A DNA stretch of 64,000 nt from the human T2T-CHM13v2.0 reference genome, Homo sapiens, in the NCBI RefSeq assembly GCF_009914755.1, contig NC_060946.1; one strand, given 5' to 3'. The notes under the pieces were generated by a model that saw nothing but the letters and a program-made list of their open reading frames with translations, made no database searches and was not told the DNA's origin. This document shows positions 54,011-64,000 of this stretch, one piece after another. Every line of letters begins with the position of its first letter. The stretch's first letter is position 1. The translations under genes and the position numbers were made by a program.

Positions 54011-57000
54011 CAGTCAAAAGTCTATTTAAAAAGCAGAGAGAGGATGCTTCCCTCTGAGTGGAGCGATGAAGACCTGATCCCTGGGCCATTTGGGAACACT
54101 AGCTGCCTTTCATCACAGTCAACCTGGACTCAGAGAATGTCAAGAGCTTGTTGGTTGGGTCAAGAATGAATCTAGGCATGACGTCATAGTTTATAGTCAT
54201 CCTTTTAAACCTGCAAAGAAGCATTTGCAGGTTTAAAGTTATTTCACGGGTACTGCTTGCCAATCTTTGGAGGATGTGAAGCCTGCAGAGAAATAAAGTG
54301 TCGCCCCTCTGCGCGTCGCTCCCCATCTGCTAGAATGTTTCTCATGAATGCTCCTCCAGTGGTTGCTCTCCAGCCCAAATGGGAGGCCTCTGTCCCGCCA
54401 GGGAGCTTTAGGTTCCCCGAGTGCTTCTCGGAGGCTGACAAGGGCGTGGAGAGCATGTCGGTGAGCACCCGGGTGCAGATGCTCATCAGCACGCTGCAGA
54501 GCGACAGGGCTGCTAGGGGCACCAGCGATGAGCGCACTGCGCAGAGGGGGCAGAGGGATGCCACGACGCCAGGCCTGCTGCCAAGCCCACCATGCACAAG
54601 GAGCTGCCTGCGTTGGCTGCCTGTGGTCTTGTTGCTGACTTTGACCCCGTGGGGGAGGAGGAAACTGCAGACTTTGGCCCATTGGTGCTAGATTCAGACA
54701 GTGACGATTCCGTGGACCGGGACATTGAGGAGGCCATCCAGGAGTACCTGAAGGTAAAGAGTGGAGCCGCACAGCCCGGGGCCAGCGGGGCCCAGCCATG
54801 CACAGCCTTCCAGGGCTGCAGGCGGAGGCAGTAGATGTAAGCGGGAACTGGCTCACAGCAGTGCCCAACTGCCCTGTGTTCCCCAAAACTTGTACCTGGC
54901 TCAGGTGGTGTGGCCCTGGCAGCCAGGTGGGATCCAGCAAGGACCAGGGCTCTGCCTCCCCAGTCAGCATGAGCAGAGCAGACTCCTTTGAGCAGAGCAT
55001 CAGGGCAGAAATAGAACAGTTTCTGAATGAGAAAAGACAGCATGAGACCCAAAAATGTGATGGGTCAGTGGAGAAGAAACCAGACACACATGAAAATTCG
55101 GCGAAGTCACTCTCGAAATCCCACCAAGAGCCGGCTACAAAGGTGGTGCACCGGCAGGGCCTGATGGGCGTCCAGAAGGAGTTCGCCTTCTGCAGACCTC
55201 CCCCGGTTAGCAAAGACAAACGTGCAGCCCAGAAGCCTCAGGTCCAAGGTCACGACCACGACCACGCAGGAGAAGGAGGGCAGCACAAAGCCAGCAACCC
55301 CCACCGCCCTTCAGAAGCAGTACAGAATAAAAGTGGGATTAAAAGGAGTGCCAGCACCGCAAGGAGGGGAAAGCGAGTCACGAGCGCCGTACAGGCGCCC
55401 GAGGCGTCCGACTCCAGCAGCGACGACGGCATTGAGGAGGCCATCCAGCTGTACCAGGTGCAGAAAACACGCAAGGAGGCCGACGGGGACCCGCCCCAGA
55501 GGGTCCAGCTCCAAGAGGAAAGAGCACCTGCCCCTCCCGCACACAGCACAAGCAGCGCCACAAAAAGTGCCTTGCCAGAGACCCACAGGAAAACACCCAG
55601 CAAGAAGAAGCCAGTGCCCACCAAGACCACGGACCCTGGTCCAGGGGATCTGGACGCTGACCATTCCCCCAAGATCCCAAAGGAAACCAAAGCTCCACCT
55701 CCAACGAGCCCGGCTTCCAGGAGCAAGTTTGTGGAATGGTCCTCTTGCCAGGCAGACACCTCCGCTGAGCTGATGTGTGTAGAAGCAGTCCTGGACATTT
55801 TCAAGACGATCCTGCCGGCCCTATGGAGGGCAGCGATGGGTCCCTGTCCGCAAGCCCACTCTTCTACTCCCCCAACGTGCCTTCCCGCTCTGATGGTGAC
55901 AGTAGCTCCGTGGACAGCGACGACAGCATTGAGCAGGAAATCTGGACGTTTTTGGCCCTCAAGGTGCAGTCTAGAAGTTTGCTGGCCAGAGGTGAGAGCT
56001 GCCCTCAGGCTGCCCAGGGCCCACTTTCACCACCTGGCCTCAGCAGCCAGACCGGCAGCCCCAAGGCCCCTCTCTCTAAAACACTGGACCCACTCCTGGC
56101 TGCAAAAGGAAGCATAGAGGCGGCTGCCAAGTGAGGCCATCCACTCCCAAGAACATGCGGGTGGTGGGGAAAGAGGGTTGGCCAGGATGCCGACCGCAGC
56201 CAGGGGAGAGCCGGGCCCGGCCATGAGGGGCGGGACCTTTCCATCCAGGGCACAGCCAGCGAGGCCCCGGGATGGGAGGGCGCCGCTAGGGTGGGACCTT
56301 TCCATCCAGGGCACAGCCAGCGAGGCCCCGGGAGGAGAGGGCGCCGCTAGGGTGCCCGGTGACACTCGCACGTCACAGGGCCAGGGTAAGACAGACGAGG
56401 CAAGGCACCTAGACAAGAAGAAGAGCTCCGAAGACAAAAGCAGTTCCCTGGACAGTGACAAGGACCTGGACACAGCCATCAAGGACTTGTTAAGGTCCAA
56501 GTGAAAGCTCAAGAAGAGGTCCAGGGAGCCCAGGGCTGTGTGCAGGAAGAAGGTCAGGTTCAGCACCTCCCAGACGCACTTCCAGGAGCAGCTGGGCAGG
56601 CTCCTGAGAGAGTGGAAAAACAGGCACCTGCAGGTGCTGAAGAGCTGCCTAAGTCCAAGAGAGACAGCTGCGAGGGCTCCAGGAAGAAACCCCCCAGTGT
56701 CTTTGGCAGCAGGGCCGAGAGGACGAAGCCCCGGCCTTCCTGGTGAGGAGACCCGCTTCTGCCTCCGCCTCCGAAGAGAATCTATTCCCCAGAGAGTCCC
56801 AGGGCCCAGCTCCCAGCCCTGGCTCCTTGTCTGACAACAGCAGTTCAGTGGACAGCGACGATAGCATCGAACTGGAGATTAGGAAGTTTTTGGTGGAAAA
56901 GGCCAAGGAGTCGGTGAGCAGTTCAGAAGTTCAGGCAGAGGGCCCCACCGCTCTCGGGACAGGGGGCCCAGCCAGGCCAGAGGTACCTTGCAGGAAGGAG

Positions 57001-58565
57001 CCGGCCCCACTGCCTGGCATGTGCACACGGAGCCAGAGGGCCGGGGGGTCCCACATTTGGCTAAAGGGCATCGAGGCGCAGGGAGCGCAGGAGCACAGGG
57101 CGCAGCGTGCCTGCTCAGCCAGGGTGGGAAGGGGCTCCCCACTGTTCCGGCGGAGGGGATCATGCGCCACCCAGGAGGACCAGCGGCAGTGTCTCCGCCA
57201 AGGTCTCTCAGTGAGCAAGAGAAATGTTTACGTTTACAAAGACCAGAGCCCACGAGGGGCTGAGCCTGCTGCCAAAAGTGCTTTTGGTCAGCGGCCCAGC
57301 TGTGCCACAGCGGGCACCGAGGCAGGAGGAGCCAGGGGGACCTTTCACGTGGACTGCAGGAACCGGAGCTTCCTGACCCCCAGCCCGGGAGCTGAGAGGG
57401 ATGCTGGAGCCCAGGCCAACCGCGCCCCGCCCTGGAGTGACTTTGCCCACCACAGTCGGCTGCCCAGCCCATGGGCACTGCGCTCCAAAGGTAGAGATGC
57501 GGCGTGGAGGGGGCGGCATTGGGAGAGAGAGACAAGGGGTCCGAGGGCCCCGCCCGGGGCCTGCCCAGCCTGCCCCTTGCGGGCTTCTCCCCGCTGCTGT
57601 CCACCCAGCTCTTCCACTTTGGAAAGGGTGTCTCCTGGGGGGGCAGGGAGACCGGCCTCTTCAGCCCCTACCTGGGGCTGCCTCTGCAGGGCCTGTCCTT
57701 CTCGGCCTTCAGGGAGTCCCAGGCCAGGCCCAGCCCTGTCTTTGGAAGCCCACACTTGCTGGCGAAGAAGGACTGCGGTCACCGGCCAAGCAGGAAGGTA
57801 CAGACGGGGCTGAGTTTGCACAACAGGAAGAGCTCTGGCTCGGAGGAAAGGATTTTAGACCTGAGGTATCCACGAAGGGTCAATCAGTAGAGTTGACCAG
57901 GACCAGGACACCTTGGGCAGGGACACCAGTGATTTCAGCAACACCTCCGCAGAGGTGTTGCTGCTGCAGTGGCGGCAGCTCAGTAGTGAAGGTATAAGAC
58001 CTCGAGCTGTGGGTTCGCGTCCTGGGTTCCATGCATTCGTGGAAAGCGGCATGGCCGACGTGTATCTGTGCCTGTGTGTGATGGTTCTGTGGTTGCAGGG
58101 AGGGGAAACAGTCTGTTATACATAGTCTTGTATATATGTATACCAACACGAAACAATGCTTTTATTTAACAGATGTGTCCTGGTAAATATGATTTTTGTA
58201 GATTTTGTACATTATTTAAAGTGATGAAAAATGTTTTTGGAAAATACTGTTGGTCAATTTTGTAGGGTGTTCCTTAACTGCAGTTTTCTGTGTTCTGCAT
58301 ACAAGTCTTAGATTAGAAAACATTTGGTTTTTATCATCACAACCAGGTTTACAGGGACTCTGATGTTTTTTGGTTGGTTGCTGGTGAGAATGGCCAGCGC
58401 TGGCTGCAGGGGTAGCCTTAGGAAGGCCGAGGTGCCCTCCCCAGGAATCGCTCACATGCCCCAAAGTGTCCGTCAGGAAGTTCCTGGGACAGCACTTTTT
58501 ATACAGAGGACACCCCCCCACCACCGCCTGGCTTCATGGTCCTTGGAGGCCAGAGCACATCTGAA
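53549..58565 (+). pseudogene. PPP1R26P5: Processed PPP1R26 (KIAA0649) pseudogene, including GC-rich 5' leader, decayed CDS (ATG 54335 to TAA 57995-57997) and partial 3'UTR
   Basis: MFLMNAPPVVALQPKWEA...FSEADKGVES.SVSTRVQMLISTLQ; FGPLVLDSDSDDSVDRDIEEAIQEYLK; DSFEQSIRAEIEQFLNEK; SSVDSDDSIEQEI; ends SSVVKV*. Intronless, many frameshifts and an in-frame TGA at 56502-56504. The paralogue number is inferred. Confidence 0.88.
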
Positions 58566-58569
58566 AACT

Positions 58570-58840
58570 ACAGGAACGGAAAACCAAACTCCGCATGTTC
58601 TCACTCATAAGTGGGAGTTGAACAATGAGAACACTTGGACACAGGGCAGGGAATATCACACACTGAGGCCTGTTGGGGGATGGGGGCAAGGGGAGAGATA
58701 GTATTAGGAGAAGTACCTAATGTAAATGATGGGTTGATGGGTGCAGCAAACCACCATGGCACATGTATACCTAAGTAATAAACCTGCACTTTCTGCACGG
58801 CTACCCCAGAACTTAAAGTATAATTAAAAAAAAAAAAAAA
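58570..58840 (+). mobile_element. L1PA 3' end fragment with poly(A)
   Basis: aaaaccaaactccgcatgttctcactcataagtgggagttgaacaatgagaacac ... cagaacttaaagtataattaaaaaa. Confidence 0.88.
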
Positions 58841-58849
58841 CAGAAAAAA

Positions 58850-60670
<1,821 letters not shown>

Positions 60671-60689
60671 AAAAGTAATAAAGTAATTA

Positions 60690-64000
<3,311 letters not shown>

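Noticed and set aside
54798-57997. 439-aa and 356-aa ORFs as genes
   Set aside because: Frameshift-fused fragments of the decayed PPP1R26 retrocopy that switch in and out of the parental frame.

Overview
Human (primate) genomic DNA from a chromosome 22q11.2 low-copy repeat (LCR22). The order of modules best fits BCRP6-FAM230H-PPP1R26P5 in LCR22-D, from memory; near-identical paralogues cannot be told apart by eye. Left to right: (1) a 5'-truncated, unprocessed BCR pseudogene on the minus strand, keeping the last five RhoGAP exons with intact splice sites; (2) an orphan copy of the USP18 terminal exon and 3'UTR on the plus strand; (3) a FAM230-family 'lncRNA' locus on the minus strand, with a 27-bp tandem array split by a young L1 fragment; (4) four HSATI/Alu/AT-rich units and two ~2-kb almost pure AT blocks, resembling the surroundings of the 22q11 palindromic AT-rich repeat (PATRR22); (5) a repeat-dense tract of Tigger, MER1, L1 and Alu; (6) a processed PPP1R26 (KIAA0649) pseudogene embedded in an old L1. 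Main hunt result: by hand, the FAM230 micro-exons join through canonical GT-AG sites into one stop-free 430-aa frame. It starts MGNLCGCIQG (myristoyl/palmitoyl-like, then polybasic) and runs into acidic 9-aa repeats. Its ATG exon lies inside every HSATI satellite unit, and the gene body is built from a two-exon module present at least three times. Most ORFs in the supplied track are repeat artefacts.
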